Shown piece by piece: positions 62,904 through 64,000 of a stretch of 64,000 nucleotides of DNA. The position numbers and the translations under genes are program-made. The notes under the pieces were generated by a model that did no database searches, was not told the DNA's origin, and saw only the letters and a list, made by a program, of their open reading frames with translations. Source of the DNA: a virus (lineage: Duplodnaviria; Heunggongvirae; Uroviricota; Caudoviricetes); the IMG/VR virus record IMGVR_UViG_2579778694_000005. One strand, given 5' to 3'. The first letter of the stretch is position 1, and each line of letters starts with the position of its first letter.

Positions 62904-64000
62904 TCAGCATCCTCGCTATTATTTGAAATTGTTGTACGATATAAACCCCTTGATTTCAATAGTTCTGCCATACGAATTGATGATCTGTCTATCGCTGCTT
63001 TAGGAAGATAAAAATCCACTAAATTCTTGATATCTCCAAAGTGGTCACCAAGTAATAAAGATATTTGAGCTTTTCTTCCACTTTCGTTTACAAAGCGCAT
63101 AATTCTACCGAGTGGATCGCCGTAGGCAATTATTACTATATGCGTTGAGGGTATTGTCAGCATGTCAATAATAACACGGTTTATATGTTCATCTCCAAAA
63201 CTATAACCATATGTTACCAAAGTACTATTAGGACGACATGTTGCAGATGCTAAGTCTCTGAATAGTTCAACATAAGGGTATTCTGATGTTTCTCGGTCTT
63301 TAACCGAGTTTGGATAAATCATTAATTGATGATAGTTCGCTGCTCCAGCAGCCTCCACTTGTAAAAAGGGTTCCACCGAACTCGCACCAAAAGGTAATCC
63401 AAATCGCCTTATGGCTCCTTCGGTAGTATACCAGTCCAATGAGCCATGTAATTTAGTAAAGCGCGCCACACCTTCCAAATATCTTGGTTCACCACGAATA
63501 CCCGGTGGATTATAATGATAGTCGACTTCTAGTCGCGAAGATCTGAAAATAGGCGCTATAGTACCAACAAATCTGTCAATTAGTCGAATACCTGCTATTT
63601 CAGCTCCTGCTTCAATTATCCTGTCGTAATTCGTCGTGAAAATATGTAATCGATCCCTTGTCGCTGTTCGACTTGAAAAACTCATCAAAAAACTTACTAA
63701 ATAATTAAACGTTTGTGTTTTTAAATCGTTTTTTGCATCGCGAATTAACTTTTCCCCATTACTAACTGAATCTGAGAATAATTTCAAACATCTTGTTAGC
63801 TCATTATTTAACTCAACTAACTCACTTTTTAAATTTCGATATGGGAGAGCACCAGGAGGCGGTTCTGGAAGTGGGAGATTTTGCGCAGTTAAAATCTCTA
63901 ATCCTTTAATTAACTCATTAATTGAACGGATTTGGTCTTCAATATTACCTCTTCCTCTTCCTGAGGCTTCAGCTGTTTTAGCTACATAACTATCTATTTC
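62900..64000 (-). CDS. SIR2-family (NADase-type) protein, N-terminus beyond window end
   Basis: Sirtuin-fold motifs HIFTTNYD and KLHGSLDW. The frame is open from 64000 with no stop, so the listed TTG start is internal. Confidence 0.7.
   Translation of the reverse strand, partial: EIDSYVAKTAEASGRGRGNIEDQIRSINELIKGLEILTAQNLPLPEPPPGALPYRNLKSELVELNNELTRCLKLFSDSVSNGEKLIRDAKNDLKTQTFNYLVSFLMSFSSRTATRDRLHIFTTNYDRIIEAGAEIAGIRLIDRFVGTIAPIFRSSRLEVDYHYNPPGIRGEPRYLEGVARFTKLHGSLDWYTTEGAIRRFGLPFGASSVEPFLQVEAAGAANYHQLMIYPNSVKDRETSEYPYVELFRDLASATCRPNSTLVTYGYSFGDEHINRVIIDMLTIPSTHIVIIAYGDPLGRIMRFVNESGRKAQISLLLGDHFGDIKNLVDFYLPKAAIDRSSIRMAELLKSRGLYRTTISNNSEDAE

Overview
The window reads as one contiguous stretch of a large temperate siphovirus genome that also carries a plasmid-type replicon, so the best overall reading is a phage-plasmid of the SSU5/pHCM2/pMT1-like kind (hypothesis; a BLAST of RepA, portal, TerL and DnaE would settle it). 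The layout is as follows.

1-18.4 kb, minus strand: late morphogenesis operon. It contains the tape measure protein (its C-terminus runs off the window start, which is why it is missing from the ORF track), G/T-like chaperones, an Ig-like major tail protein, connector proteins, an Ig-like head decoration protein, an HK97-fold major capsid protein, scaffold, portal, TerL and TerS. These are followed by a hypothetical protein, a small ABC-type ATPase and two ParB/Srx nuclease-domain proteins.

18.4-27.5 kb: an SF2 helicase, then an early region of many small minus-strand genes separated by conserved promoter/operator-like motifs and repeat-rich non-coding DNA. It includes a low-GC two-gene moron.

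27.8-29.0 kb: an IS3-family IS (orfA/orfB with an A6G slippery site), placed between two N-terminally truncated divergent gene fragments.

30.4-32.8 kb: a P1/RepFIB-style replicon. It has a duplicated DnaA-box + GATC cluster + iteron origin, repA, and a 0.55-kb downstream iteron array.

33-48.9 kb, minus strand: replication and recombination module. It contains an SPFH lipoprotein, a RecA/UvsX-like recombinase, a FEN/5'-3' exonuclease, a gp32-like SSB, a HicAB-like toxin-antitoxin pair (plus strand), a DnaE-type Pol III alpha, a MoxR/CobS-like AAA+ ATPase and a vWA protein.

49.4-60.7 kb: an HTH regulator, a tyrosine recombinase, glutaredoxin, PhoH, HNH, tRNA-Asn(GUU), small membrane proteins, an ATP-dependent DNA ligase and a Toprim protein.

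60.8-64.0 kb: an AT-rich cargo operon encoding a SIR2 (NADase-type) protein, which runs off the window end, plus a HerA-like ATPase. This is a SIR2-HerA anti-phage defence pair carried on the phage-plasmid.

The most interesting things not explained by gene calls are three items. One is a family of recurrent regulatory motifs, including a ~35-bp motif present 9 times. Another is a 1.2-kb gene-free repeat-rich region. The third is the ABC-ATPase + double-ParB cluster.
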